This document shows positions 35,434 through 44,906 of a stretch of 64,000 bases of DNA, piece by piece. How positions within the stretch are numbered: the stretch's first letter is position 1; the number at the start of each line of letters is the position of its first letter. The position numbers were made by a program, and so were the translations under genes. The notes under the pieces were generated by a model that did no database searches, was not told the origin of the DNA, and worked only from the letters and a program-made list of their open reading frames with translations. The DNA comes from a virus. The DNA lies in the IMG/VR virus record IMGVR_UViG_3300048914_000231, positions 32,001 through 96,000 of that record; one strand, written 5' to 3'.

Positions 35434-36369
35434 TTAGATGTTGGTGACGCCCTGCAGGCCGGCGATCGAACGGGTCGATTTCAGGGCCAGGCCGGTGTAC
35501 CACTTCAGACGGATGCGGGTAGCATCCTTGTTCTGCACCGTGCCGATGTTCTCGACCACGATACCGGCGTTGTCGCCGCCGTACAGACCGTGCAGACCGT
35601 CGTGCTCGTTCAGGCGCAGCGCGTACACCGTCGTGGTGTTGCCGACCGACGTACCCTTGGTCTCGGCGCCGGACAGGAACTCGTTCATGATGATCGGGAT
35701 GCCGTTGTGGGTCAGCATCGGACGACCGAAGTTTTCCATCATCTGCATGACGGCATCGGTGCCGTACGTGGCGCGCAGCAGGGCGCGGTACGCACGGATG
35801 GTGCCGCGACGCATCACGATGACGTCGGCGCCATTCGGCACGGCGTCGCACAGTTCGTCCAGCATCGACAGCGTCAGGGCGTTGCCGTTGGTGCCGGCCG
35901 ACACGACCTGCGAACCGCCGGCGGTAGCGGCATAAGCCTGGGCCTGGGTCAGCAGAACCGGCAGACCGTCGAAGATTTTCGAGTTGGTGCCCGAGTTACC
36001 GGTGGCCAGGGCGCGATGGAACTCGCGGCCGACCGTCTTGGCCTTCTTCTGGATCTGGATCGCCATCTGGGCGTTCTGGTCGCTCATGGTGCCCGACAGG
36101 AATTTGTCGACGTCCACGTCGCCTGCCAGGATGCGCAGTTTGGTCGTGACTTCCTGGAAGGTCGCTGCCGACTCGTTCACAGGATCGTTCGGATCGAGCC
36201 AGTCGGCGCTGCCGATGGTCGCTTCACGGTTGTACAGGTAGGCCTTGCCGTCGGTTTTCACGAACGGCAGGACGGAGAAAAGGTCATCGCGGTCGATGAT
36301 TTCGTCGATGACGCCCGAGACCATGTCATTTTGGCTCAGACGCTCGGCTTCTACGCGCAGCAAAGGCAT
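35434..36369 (-). CDS. Major capsid protein (HK97 fold)
   Basis: 311 aa; LPF, YLYNRE, GDVDVDKFL, FDGL, RLKWYTGLAL; own promoter and terminator. Confidence 0.9.
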   Translation of the reverse strand: MPLLRVEAERLSQNDMVSGVIDEIIDRDDLFSVLPFVKTDGKAYLYNREATIGSADWLDPNDPVNESAATFQEVTTKLRILAGDVDVDKFLSGTMSDQNAQMAIQIQKKAKTVGREFHRALATGNSGTNSKIFDGLPVLLTQAQAYAATAGGSQVVSAGTNGNALTLSMLDELCDAVPNGADVIVMRRGTIRAYRALLRATYGTDAVMQMMENFGRPMLTHNGIPIIMNEFLSGAETKGTSVGNTTTVYALRLNEHDGLHGLYGGDNAGIVVENIGTVQNKDATRIRLKWYTGLALKSTRSIAGLQGVTNI

Positions 36370-36476
36370 TTCATATCCTCAAAAGGAGTTGAACGGAACA
36401 ATTTGGGTAGTTCGGGCCTAAGTCGCTCTAGTCACCGATTGGGAGGCAACAATAGCTTATGTTGCCTCCTTTGTCA

Positions 36477-36490
36477 AGTCAGTGCTGACT
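36477..36490. promoter_or_regulatory. Operator copy 9 (major capsid)
   Basis: AGTCA-GTGC-TGACT abutting TTGACA-17-TATTGT. Confidence 0.85.
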
Positions 36491-36510
36491 TATCTACGGG
36501 CCCGAACGAA

Positions 36511-37404
36511 TTACATGGGCTTTTGTGCCAGCAGATTCAGGTTCGCCAGGCCGGCAGCGATCTTGCTGGCCGGGTCGGTCGGCTTGGCCTGGGTTGCGGG
36601 CTGGGCGGTGCGCTGGCTGATCGAACCGGCGCCGGCCTTCATCTTCGAGCGCAGCAGCGAATCCTTGTCCGGGTCGGCGTCGATGATCTTGCGCAGCGCG
36701 TCCTCGAAACCGACGTTGTTGCCGAACTGGTCGACCAGCGGCGTGCGGCCGGCGGCGCCGCGCGGCTTGTCGTATGCGACGACCTGGCCGTCGACCGTGT
36801 CGAAGTGGGCGCCATAGATCGTACGCGCCTTGGTCGGGGTCAGGGTCAGTTCCTCGCCGATGAACTTGGACTGGGCAAACTGGGAACCGATCGCCAGTTC
36901 CTCGATCTGGCGCTGGGCCGCGGCCAGCTGCTCGGCCAGGGTCTGCTTTTCGGTCTGGATCGTCGACATCGCCTTGGTGTGTTCCTCGGCCATGCGCGCC
37001 TTCAGCGTTTCGAAATCACCCTTGGCGGCCAGCTGCGCTTCTTCCGCACTCTTGCGTTCGGCGATCAGCTTTCTGATCTCGGCCGGGTCAACGCCGTCGA
37101 ATTCAGCCAGACGCGCCTTTGCGGCGGCGGCATCTTCCTCGGCCTTCTTCAGGGCTTCCTTCTTCTGCATCACTTCCTTGAGCAGCTTGGCTTCGGCGTC
37201 GGTGGGCTGGTTGCCCTTCCTGGCCGCTTCCTCGGCGGCGGCTTTATCTGCGGCAGCCTTGTCGGCGGCGGCTTTTTCGGCCGCGGCTTTTTCTTCCGCC
37301 GTCGGTTCAGCGCCGCCCGAGCCGCCGGACGAACCGCCGGTGCCATCGTTGGCCTGATCCATGAAGCGGCGACCGCCTGGGAATTTCCAGTATTTCGGGT
37401 GCAT
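36511..37404 (-). CDS. Capsid scaffolding protein
   Basis: Ala/Lys/Glu-rich coiled coil between portal and capsid genes. Confidence 0.8.
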   Translation of the reverse strand: MHPKYWKFPGGRRFMDQANDGTGGSSGGSGGAEPTAEEKAAAEKAAADKAAADKAAAEEAARKGNQPTDAEAKLLKEVMQKKEALKKAEEDAAAAKARLAEFDGVDPAEIRKLIAERKSAEEAQLAAKGDFETLKARMAEEHTKAMSTIQTEKQTLAEQLAAAQRQIEELAIGSQFAQSKFIGEELTLTPTKARTIYGAHFDTVDGQVVAYDKPRGAAGRTPLVDQFGNNVGFEDALRKIIDADPDKDSLLRSKMKAGAGSISQRTAQPATQAKPTDPASKIAAGLANLNLLAQKPM

Positions 37405-37483
37405 CGTTTGCCTTTCTGACCTATCTCTCGGTCATCGGTGAGTAATGCGGCGCCTGTTCTCTCAGACGGCCGCGGTTGATGAA

Positions 37484-39133
37484 TTACTTCGTGTCCTTGC
37501 TTACGCTGCCCTGGCCGGGCCTGGCGTTCGCGGTGGCGGGCGCCTTGGCTCCGCCGGTGGTTGCGGTCAGCTTGCCGGCGCCGGTAGCCTCGGCCAGCTG
37601 GCCCGCAAGTTCAACCGGGTCGACCGGCCATTCCTTGAGCGAGGCGATCATTTTCTCTTTGATCGCTTTGGCCACTTGCGGAAACAGCTTGTCGATCACG
37701 GCGTTCATCTGCTCGCGACGCACCTCGTCAGGTGCCTCGATGAGCATCAGGCGGGCGGCGATATCGAACTCGTCGTACAGGCCACGCGTGTCGAAGTTGT
37801 CCGGGTAGGACACCAGCTTCATACCTTCCGGGATGGTTTCGCCATGCCAGAGTGCGACCAGTTCTGCGATCCGGTTCTCGGTCACTTCCAGGCTGTCGGC
37901 TTTCGCCTGCAGCAGGGCGTTGACGCGTTCGAAGTCGTACGCCTTCGCCACGCCCGAACTGTTGTCGATGCCCACGGAGTTGTCCTCCTTGGTGCGCTCG
38001 CCAGCCAGGCCGGACGTGTGGTAAATCTCGTTGATGATCTTGTTGACCATGGCCAGCACCATCTGTGCCTGCTTCGGGTCCGGCGAAATGTAGCCCGGCG
38101 TGCCGCCGCCTTCGCCGTCGTACAGAAACACGCGCTTGGTGCCCATGTCTTCCAGCACACGCGCGGTGTCCGAACCGGGCAGCACGTTCTGGGCCGGCAT
38201 CACCAGCTGGCTGAAGGTCTGGTCCTGGATGATGGCGTCCAGGTTCGACAGGTAGTTGGCCACGGCGCGGTCGAGGTAGGCGATCTCGTCGATGAACGAC
38301 GGCGCCACGTAATCCTCGTCCGTGATGATGTGGTCGCACAGCACCACCGGCACCTTGTTCAGGTTGTGGCTGCCTTCGTCAACGACGACGATTCTGGTCT
38401 TTTTCGTGTTGCCGACCTGGCGTTCCTCCAGCAGGTGCCAGGACTGGCGCGTCCACAGACGCCAGCGGGTTTTCTGCGCGCCGCTGGAAGTCAGCGGATC
38501 CTGGTCGTCACGCGCGACTTCCAGCAGCAAAATCCAGTTCAGTTCGCCGTCATCGTCATTCCACGAGAAGTCGAGAATCTGGGTCGGGCCGACCGCGTAC
38601 GCATACGTGCGCACGCCGGCGCGACGCTCGTCCGCCTTGGACAGAACGACGTCGGCCGGCGCGTTGTTGTCGACCACGATCGCCACGCGACCGGAAATCG
38701 AGCTCTTGCGCGCGGCCTGACGCATGAAGTCGCGGATACCCAGGTTGTTCTTGGTGGACGACTCCCAGAAGCGTTTGATGCATTCCGGGGCGTCGTCGGT
38801 GTTGCGGGTGATGTTCTGCTTGAACAGGTATTTGTTCAGCAGGTCAACCACTTCCTTGGTGTGGTTGAAGCGGTACGCGCGCTTGACGCGGTCGCCGTAT
38901 TCGCCATCACCTTCCTTGATATAGCGGAAGACGTTCCCTTCCAGGAACCACTCGCGCCCGCCCTCATAGGTCGATTCCAGGAATTTCCAGTGCTGGGTGT
39001 GTTCCTCGTACTCCGGGTGCCGGCGGTTGACCAGATGGCGCAGGACTTTCTGGTCATCGCTCATGATGGGCGACGACGCCTCGTCTTTTTGCAGATCGAT
39101 CGTGGCTGTGGCGCCTGGTTTTGTGATATTCAT
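37484..39133 (-). CDS. Portal protein
   Basis: HPEY, YEGG, YGDRVKRA, SGVAKAYDF; follows terminase. Confidence 0.85.
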   Translation of the reverse strand: MNITKPGATATIDLQKDEASSPIMSDDQKVLRHLVNRRHPEYEEHTQHWKFLESTYEGGREWFLEGNVFRYIKEGDGEYGDRVKRAYRFNHTKEVVDLLNKYLFKQNITRNTDDAPECIKRFWESSTKNNLGIRDFMRQAARKSSISGRVAIVVDNNAPADVVLSKADERRAGVRTYAYAVGPTQILDFSWNDDDGELNWILLLEVARDDQDPLTSSGAQKTRWRLWTRQSWHLLEERQVGNTKKTRIVVVDEGSHNLNKVPVVLCDHIITDEDYVAPSFIDEIAYLDRAVANYLSNLDAIIQDQTFSQLVMPAQNVLPGSDTARVLEDMGTKRVFLYDGEGGGTPGYISPDPKQAQMVLAMVNKIINEIYHTSGLAGERTKEDNSVGIDNSSGVAKAYDFERVNALLQAKADSLEVTENRIAELVALWHGETIPEGMKLVSYPDNFDTRGLYDEFDIAARLMLIEAPDEVRREQMNAVIDKLFPQVAKAIKEKMIASLKEWPVDPVELAGQLAEATGAGKLTATTGGAKAPATANARPGQGSVSKDTK

Positions 39134-39147
39134 GGTGGCGAATCCTA

Positions 39148-39161
39148 ACTCAGTGGTGACT
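39148..39161. promoter_or_regulatory. Operator copy 10 (portal)
   Basis: ACTCA-GTGG-TGACT within TTGACC-17-TAGGAT. Confidence 0.75.
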
Positions 39162-39173
39162 TACGGTCAAGCG

Positions 39174-40421
39174 TCAGCGAGACTTGCCGCCGATCTCGAT
39201 CTTCCGCAGCGGGAATTCCAGTTCGATGCAGTAGCCGCCAGCGTCGGCGCTGTGTTCAACCCCGGCCGCCTTGTCGACGTCGCGCGAACCCGGCTTGTAG
39301 ATGGTCTGCTCCAGTGCATTGATGAAATGCTTGCAGCGGATGTCCACGCGCAGCCGGATCGTGCCGTCGGCCGTGCGCAGCATGCGGTTGACCGCGTTGA
39401 CGCGGTCGGCCACGGCCGGGTGCTTGCGCCGGAACTTGATGCGCTTGAAGCCCTTCTCGCGCAGGATGTCCAGGTCAGTCTCGCCGCGCGCGTGCTGGCG
39501 CTGGCCGCCGGCCGGGTCGGGGTAGATGATGATCTGCAGCATATGGCGCCAGTAGCGCTTTTCCAGCTCCTCGCACACCTCTTCGGTATTGGATGAGAAC
39601 AGCACGATCTCGTCGACCGCCCACACCTCACCGTTGGGCTGTGGCTGAAAGATCACGGTCGACATCGGGTCGATGTTGAAGTCCATGCCGACCCAGATTG
39701 GCAGCTTCGGGTTGAACGGGTACTGGCCCACGTGTTCGTTGCGGTCAAACGGATAGTAGACGCGGCCGGACATGGTCTCGAAACTGGCTTCGAATTCCTG
39801 CTTGAACGATTTTTCGTCCATGTCCTGCTTGGCCGCCTCGATCTCCGAGATCGGGATGAACGGCGACGTGATGGTCGGGAACTGCCAGGATTCCCATGCG
39901 TGCTTGGCCACGTTGGCCGGATCCTGGCCGCGCTTGTACAGTTCGTACAGGTAGTTGTAGGCCTTGGGCGTGCCGATGAAAATCGCGTCGCCGCGACGGT
40001 CGGCCAGAACCGGGCGCAGAACCTTGACCCAGGTATCGGCATCGATGTCCTGAAATTCGTCGAGCACCAGGAAGTCGACACCGACACCGCGCAGGGAATC
40101 ACCCTTGTCGGCGCCCTTGAGCTCGATGACGGTGCCATTCAGTAGCGTGACTTCGAGGCGTGTCTCGTTGACCTTCTTGACCCAGCGGCGCGGGATTGCG
40201 TCGAGCAGGTCGGACCACATGATCTGCTTGGCCATCTTGTAGGTTGGGGCGACGTACCAGATTTTGCGCTTCTTGACGCGTGCGCGCGTGATCATCAGCG
40301 TCTTGGCCAGCTGGGTCTTGCCCCACCGGCGGCCAGCCACCACGACGCGAAAACGCGCCTGCGACTTGTAGACGACCATCTGCTTCGGATGCAGGGTCAG
40401 GCTGGCAATCTTGGCGGCCAT
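39174..40421 (-). CDS. terL: Terminase large subunit
   Basis: AGRRWGKT, YVAPT, LRG, VLDEF, GTPK, GMDFNIDP, HSADAGGY. Confidence 0.95.
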   Translation of the reverse strand: MAAKIASLTLHPKQMVVYKSQARFRVVVAGRRWGKTQLAKTLMITRARVKKRKIWYVAPTYKMAKQIMWSDLLDAIPRRWVKKVNETRLEVTLLNGTVIELKGADKGDSLRGVGVDFLVLDEFQDIDADTWVKVLRPVLADRRGDAIFIGTPKAYNYLYELYKRGQDPANVAKHAWESWQFPTITSPFIPISEIEAAKQDMDEKSFKQEFEASFETMSGRVYYPFDRNEHVGQYPFNPKLPIWVGMDFNIDPMSTVIFQPQPNGEVWAVDEIVLFSSNTEEVCEELEKRYWRHMLQIIIYPDPAGGQRQHARGETDLDILREKGFKRIKFRRKHPAVADRVNAVNRMLRTADGTIRLRVDIRCKHFINALEQTIYKPGSRDVDKAAGVEHSADAGGYCIELEFPLRKIEIGGKSR

Positions 40422-41050
40422 CAGCCTTCCTCGACCACATTGTTGCCGTCTTCTTCGTCGGGCGGGTCGCCGTCATCCCCGTCATCGTCCTTCTGTGGCG
40501 CCACATCGTCCATTTCGTCATGGTCGCGGTCGCGCAGCGCCTGAATCTGGTCGGCGGTCAGTTCGGTGATCTGCAGCTCCGGCACCTCGTCCGGATCGAC
40601 CGCATCCGGGCGGTCCAGACCCAGCACGGCCCAGCGCTCCTCGCGCACCTTCTTCAGGCCGGTGGCGGCCAGGTCCAGCGCCTTCAGGTTGTTGATCACG
40701 CTGGAGACCGGGTTACCGGCCTTTTTCGCTTCCAGCAGTTCGTTCCAGATCAGCTTGCCAAGGTTCGACGACATCACGTAGTGCTGTTCCTTGGTCTCCT
40801 TGATGCGCGCCGCCAGAATGGTCGCCTCGTCGACGGAAGCCGCAACCAGCCTGTCTTCCACCGCCTTGCGGGTGGCGGCTGCGGCCGAACCCTTGACAAT
40901 GTGGTGTTTTTTGAAATGTCGTTCGAAGGTCGACATGGCGCAGCCGTACTTGGCGACCAGGTCGTCGTAGGTAACGGTGCCGGCCGCCCACTGGGCTTCA
41001 GCTTCTGCCCACTGGGCCGGCGTCAGGCGGCGTTTCGGGTTCTCGGACAC
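40421..41050 (-). CDS. terS: Terminase small subunit (putative)
   Basis: N-terminal HTH, acidic tail, coupled to terL; GTG start re-called. Confidence 0.75.
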   Translation of the reverse strand: MSENPKRRLTPAQWAEAEAQWAAGTVTYDDLVAKYGCAMSTFERHFKKHHIVKGSAAAATRKAVEDRLVAASVDEATILAARIKETKEQHYVMSSNLGKLIWNELLEAKKAGNPVSSVINNLKALDLAATGLKKVREERWAVLGLDRPDAVDPDEVPELQITELTADQIQALRDRDHDEMDDVAPQKDDDGDDGDPPDEEDGNNVVEEG

Positions 41051-41067
41051 GTGCAAACCTTTCAAGC

Positions 41068-41096
41068 AAAAAAAACGGGCGCAGGGAAGGCGCCCG
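41068..41096 (-). terminator. Intrinsic terminator in terS leader
   Basis: CGGGCGC-cttccct-GCGCCCG followed by T8. Confidence 0.75.
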
Positions 41097-41157
41097 AGGA
41101 GAACAATGGAAAAGCTGTTCAGGCCCCAACTGTAAAACATATTTCCTCAGGATGTCA

Positions 41158-41171
41158 AGTCAGTGCTGACT
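41158..41171. promoter_or_regulatory. Operator copy 11 (terminase)
   Basis: AGTCA-GTGC-TGACT abutting TTGACA. Confidence 0.85.
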
Positions 41172-41231
41172 TAACCCCGGGCCTCGGACCATCACTCCGG
41201 GGATTTCTGTCTTTCCGCGACTTCAGTTACC

Positions 41232-41379
41232 CGACTTGGCGGACCAGTTGGTAGTTGTCTGGATTACAACGCGTTTCCGAAATACTTTTATACTTCTTGT
41301 TTACTACTTCTTCTTTATATATATAAGTACTTATAGAAAAGGGGTGTAATACCCAACTACCAACTGGTCCGCCAAGTCG
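41232..41379. repeat. Perfect 26-bp inverted repeat enclosing an AT-rich core
   Basis: CGACTTGGCGGACCAGTTGGTAGTTG (41232-41257) and its reverse complement (41354-41379). Confidence 0.95.
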
Positions 41380-41391
41380 TATAACCAGAAG

Positions 41392-41763
41392 TTACAAAAT
41401 GTCCGGAATGATGGATTCCAGCACCGGTTCCAGGTCCGCGGAGAGGATGTCCGCCCCCAGTTCGATGATGTTGTCCACCTCCTGCGGGCGTGCCCGTGCG
41501 CTGGCCTGGCCGTACCCGCGGCCCTCGTCCGTGACCGTGATCAGGCGCCGGGCCGCGCCGCGGCGCTTCTCGATGCCCAGTTTCTTGACCAGGCCACGGT
41601 CGATCAGCACGCGCAGCGAGAACTGCAGGCTGTCCTTGGTGGTGTGATAGCGGATCCGCTCCAGAATCTGGTCCATGTCGCACGGCGTGCCGTCGTCGTT
41701 GGCGGCGGTGATCACGCGCATCAGTTCCAGCTGTTTGGCGGTCAGGTGCGGGGTTTTCGTCAT
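41392..41763 (-). CDS. Winged-helix DNA-binding protein
   Basis: LTAKQLELMRVI...SLQFSLRVLIDRGLVKK...VTDEGR; start re-called. Confidence 0.75.
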   Translation of the reverse strand: MTKTPHLTAKQLELMRVITAANDDGTPCDMDQILERIRYHTTKDSLQFSLRVLIDRGLVKKLGIEKRRGAARRLITVTDEGRGYGQASARARPQEVDNIIELGADILSADLEPVLESIIPDIL

Positions 41764-41777
41764 TTTGTAACTGCCGG

Positions 41778-42668
41778 TTAAGCGGGGTTGAGCGGCTCGG
41801 TTACAGCCTGGTTGTCGAACGCCAGTACGTTGATGCGCTCGGGCAGGCTGCGGCCAAAGTCCGGGTTGGTATAAATGCCATACAGCGGGCTGGCCAGCAC
41901 CAGCTGCTGCAGGCTCTTGAGCAGGTAACCGACTTCCATCGCGTCGACCCGGGACGTGCCGTTGGCGCGGTTGTCGCCCGATTTCTCCATCGACGAGCAG
42001 CGATAGTAGAACTTGCGCATTTCGTCGACGCATTTGGCGCGCACCGCCGGCGGGAATGCGTCGAGCTCGGCCCTGATGCCCACATAGTCCATCGGCACCG
42101 AGCGGAACCAGCGCCCGAAGAACGCCAGACCCTTTTCGTAATGGCTGCTGCGCTTGGGTTTTGTGAAGCGCATGCCGGCTTTTGCCGCGAACGGGTTGAA
42201 TTTGCTCATCGACGACTGGAATTCGACGAAGCGGCAGCCGGTCATGCGCATCATGAGGTTCTGCATGCGGTAGGCGATGCCGGCGCCGCGGAACATCGTG
42301 TCCAGCACCAGACGCGAGTTCGTGCAGCTGTGCTCGTTCAACCACATCGCGCGGGTTCGGTTGATCAGCTTCGTGTCGCGTCCATTCTGGTTCGGGCGCA
42401 TGTGGGGCATCGCTTCGTTACGGCCCGACAGCAGCATCTTGGGCACGGTCATGACGCCCACGCCGATCACCTGACCATCGAGCACGCAGCGGTAGATTTT
42501 CGGCCCGATGCCGAGGTTTTCCGCCTTGTAGTGCAGCTCGTGCAGCAAGTTCCAGTCTTCCTTGGTACCGCGCTCGACGTAGACGCGGTCCAGCAGCGAC
42601 AGGCGGTGGTTGGCCGGCACCGGCCGGCGCTCGACCAGCAGGTTGTCGTTGTCGATCAGGACGGTCAT
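41778..42668 (-). CDS. GNAT/Mom-like acetyltransferase-fold protein
   Basis: LHELHY, SRLVLDTMFRGAGIA (acetyl-CoA motif A), MSKFNPFAAKAGM. Confidence 0.7.
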   Translation of the reverse strand: MTVLIDNDNLLVERRPVPANHRLSLLDRVYVERGTKEDWNLLHELHYKAENLGIGPKIYRCVLDGQVIGVGVMTVPKMLLSGRNEAMPHMRPNQNGRDTKLINRTRAMWLNEHSCTNSRLVLDTMFRGAGIAYRMQNLMMRMTGCRFVEFQSSMSKFNPFAAKAGMRFTKPKRSSHYEKGLAFFGRWFRSVPMDYVGIRAELDAFPPAVRAKCVDEMRKFYYRCSSMEKSGDNRANGTSRVDAMEVGYLLKSLQQLVLASPLYGIYTNPDFGRSLPERINVLAFDNQAVTEPLNPA

Positions 42669-42785
42669 TTCTTCACCCCGCCGCCGAAGATGATCAGAAT
42701 GATGGCGAGCCAGCTCATGTCGGCCACTTCCAGATGAGAATGACGCCCACGGCAATCATGCCGAGACCAAAACAGTCAAACGTGC

Positions 42786-43097
42786 TCATGCCGGCACTCC
42801 CGCCGCGGCCAGGAATGAACGCAGCCTGGCGTCGGTCTGGCCGCCCGAGACCGATGCCTGGGCAGCGCCATCCCTGAACACGGTCAGGGTCGGTACGCCG
42901 CGCACGCCGTGCACGCTGGCGAGAGTGCGGTGTTCGCCGGCGTCGACGCCGATCAGCCTGAAACCCAGTTCCGCGGCGAGCGCCTCAACCAGCGGCTTCA
43001 TGCCCTTGCAGGGGCCGCACCAGCTGGCGTGGAACATGACGACGGTGGTGCCGGCGCCGACGTCTGCGGCGAAGTTTTCGGGGGTGGTGTTGTGCAT
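42786..43097 (-). CDS. Thioredoxin
   Basis: WCGPC and VRGVPT motifs; start re-called. Confidence 0.9.
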   Translation of the reverse strand: MHNTTPENFAADVGAGTTVVMFHASWCGPCKGMKPLVEALAAELGFRLIGVDAGEHRTLASVHGVRGVPTLTVFRDGAAQASVSGGQTDARLRSFLAAAGVPA

Positions 43098-43099
43098 GT

Positions 43100-43792
43100 T
43101 CAGTCCTTGATGGGGTCGGTCGGGTGCGGCGGCTCCCTGAAGCCGTCGGCGCTGGCGCCGGGGCGCAGAATGCGCACCTTTTCCCGGTAGCGTTTTTCGA
43201 TATAGAGGCTGGGCGCCAGGTCGTCGACCATGTCGCCGTGAGTGGTGGCGACAATCACGGTGGCGCCCACCTTGCGCGCGATCTTCTGCAGGTTGAAGGC
43301 GAGCACCTTCGCGGTCACGCGGTCGAGCACGGCCAGAAATTCGTCGGCGACCCATACCTGCGCGCCGGATTCGATGATCTTGGCCAGGCGGAAGCGGTAG
43401 CGTTGGCCGTCCGACAGTTCGGCGGGTTTCCGGATGAACAGGTAGGCGTCGTTCAGGCCGGCGATCGACAGGAAGTTCAGTGCCTCGGTCGTGTTCTTGC
43501 CGATCTGGTCGATCAGCGGGCAGTCCAGCAGCGGCACCTCGTCGATGGTAACAACATTCAGGCCGCCCTCGACCATGCGTTCTGCCAGTTCGCGCAGCAC
43601 GGTCGACTTGCCGGCGCCGGACTGGCCCGTGACGTACACAATGTCGCCCTGTTCGATGTCGATCGGCTGGTTGTCAAAGACGACGAATTCCTTGTCATCC
43701 AGGCCCAGGCCGAAGGCTTCGGCGATCTCCAGCACGCGGTCGGTGCGCTCGACGGTTGTATGAAACCGCTTGTCGATTTTGTATGTTGTCAT
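43100..43792 (-). CDS. Stand-alone ABC-type ATPase
   Basis: GQSGAGKS, LSDGQRYR, ADEF, ATTH; no permease nearby. Confidence 0.85.
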   Translation of the reverse strand: MTTYKIDKRFHTTVERTDRVLEIAEAFGLGLDDKEFVVFDNQPIDIEQGDIVYVTGQSGAGKSTVLRELAERMVEGGLNVVTIDEVPLLDCPLIDQIGKNTTEALNFLSIAGLNDAYLFIRKPAELSDGQRYRFRLAKIIESGAQVWVADEFLAVLDRVTAKVLAFNLQKIARKVGATVIVATTHGDMVDDLAPSLYIEKRYREKVRILRPGASADGFREPPHPTDPIKD

Positions 43793-43971
43793 TGCTGTCT
43801 CCAGGCTTTCAGGCACTGCGCCGGCGACAGCGCATCCATTTCGGTTTTCGGGTTGACGCAGCTGGCATGTACCAGCACGCGTACGGTCGCCCAGTACACG
43901 ACGCGGCGCGGCAGACAGTACGCGATCGCGCCGCACAGGTGGTCCAGGATGTCGCTGATCAGTTCTTTCAT
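43789..43971 (-). CDS. Small hypothetical protein
   Basis: 60 aa, 4-nt overlaps on both sides. Confidence 0.55.
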   Translation of the reverse strand: MKELISDILDHLCGAIAYCLPRRVVYWATVRVLVHASCVNPKTEMDALSPAQCLKAWRQQ

Positions 43972-44612
43972 GCGATCCCCGCGAACTGGCTGACGAATTC
44001 GACGAAGGCGTCAGCACCCTTCTTGCCGGTATCGGCCTCGATCTGTGCCATGAACATCGCGATGGCGCGCTGGTCTGCGCCCCTGACGGTCTTGAAGCCC
44101 AGCGCCTGCGCGATCGGCACGCCCTTTTCGGTCGCGGCCGCGATTTGCCCCTTGGTTTCGACGGCCTGCGCGGCGATTTCGGCGTCCAGGTCGGTGACGA
44201 AGGCGGCATCATTGACCTCGCCCAGATCGGCGGTCATGAAGTCCAGTTCCTTCCTGTCGAAGAACAGGTCCATCGAGAAGTCCAGCGTGGCCAGTTCCTG
44301 CTGCAGCAGGTCGGTGTCGATGTTGCCGATGGCGACGCGGTTGTCGGCCAGGCGCAGCGCGCGCACCTGCGCCGGCGTCAGGTCGTCGCGCACCCACACC
44401 GGCACCTTTCTGTCGCCGCGCGACAGGCCGGCCAGGCGCCGGCCGTGGCCGGCAATGATCACGCCATCCTTGTCGACGACGATCGGCTGGGTCCAGCCGA
44501 ATTCGTCGATGGACTTTCTGATCTTCGCCACCTGGGCGTCGTCGTGGATTTTCGAGTTGAGCTCGTAGGGCACCAGGCGGGCGATGTCCCAGACTTGAAT
44601 ATTCGGTTTCAT
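43968..44612 (-). CDS. ParB/Srx N-terminal domain protein 1
   Basis: SIDEFGWTQPIVVD, IIAGHGRRLA, LADNR. Confidence 0.9.
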   Translation of the reverse strand: MKPNIQVWDIARLVPYELNSKIHDDAQVAKIRKSIDEFGWTQPIVVDKDGVIIAGHGRRLAGLSRGDRKVPVWVRDDLTPAQVRALRLADNRVAIGNIDTDLLQQELATLDFSMDLFFDRKELDFMTADLGEVNDAAFVTDLDAEIAAQAVETKGQIAAATEKGVPIAQALGFKTVRGADQRAIAMFMAQIEADTGKKGADAFVEFVSQFAGIA

Positions 44613-44788
44613 GGAATGAATGAGAGCAGATAAAAGATGCACCACAAGAAGATCAGGACCGGCGTGCAGAAAATCAGGAAAGTTGCGGCCAGAAGTTCGC
44701 AATGCGCCTCGCGCGTGGTGGCGATCCAGAATGTGACCATCAGGACCAGGACGACCAGGACGAACGGGACGACATACCAGTGGATCAT
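44609..44788 (-). CDS. Small two-TM membrane protein
   Basis: 59 aa, hydrophobic, coupled to neighbours. Confidence 0.5.
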   Translation of the reverse strand: MIHWYVVPFVLVVLVLMVTFWIATTREAHCELLAATFLIFCTPVLIFLWCIFYLLSFIP

Positions 44789-44906
44789 CGCTTGATCTCC
44801 TTCATGAGCGCGTGGTAGCCGGCGACCATGAGGGCCGCGGTGCCGGCAGCGATGGTCGTGCACGCGCAGACCGTACAGGTCCAGACGAAAACGTCCGGCG
44901 GGGTCA

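Noticed and set aside
41232-41379. Inverted repeat as a protelomerase (telRL) site or IS ends
   Set aside because: Arms are separated by 96 bp rather than forming a continuous palindrome; no protelomerase or transposase seen
43100-43792. ABC ATPase as a transporter
   Set aside because: No permease or binding protein; context points to a soluble partner of the GNAT
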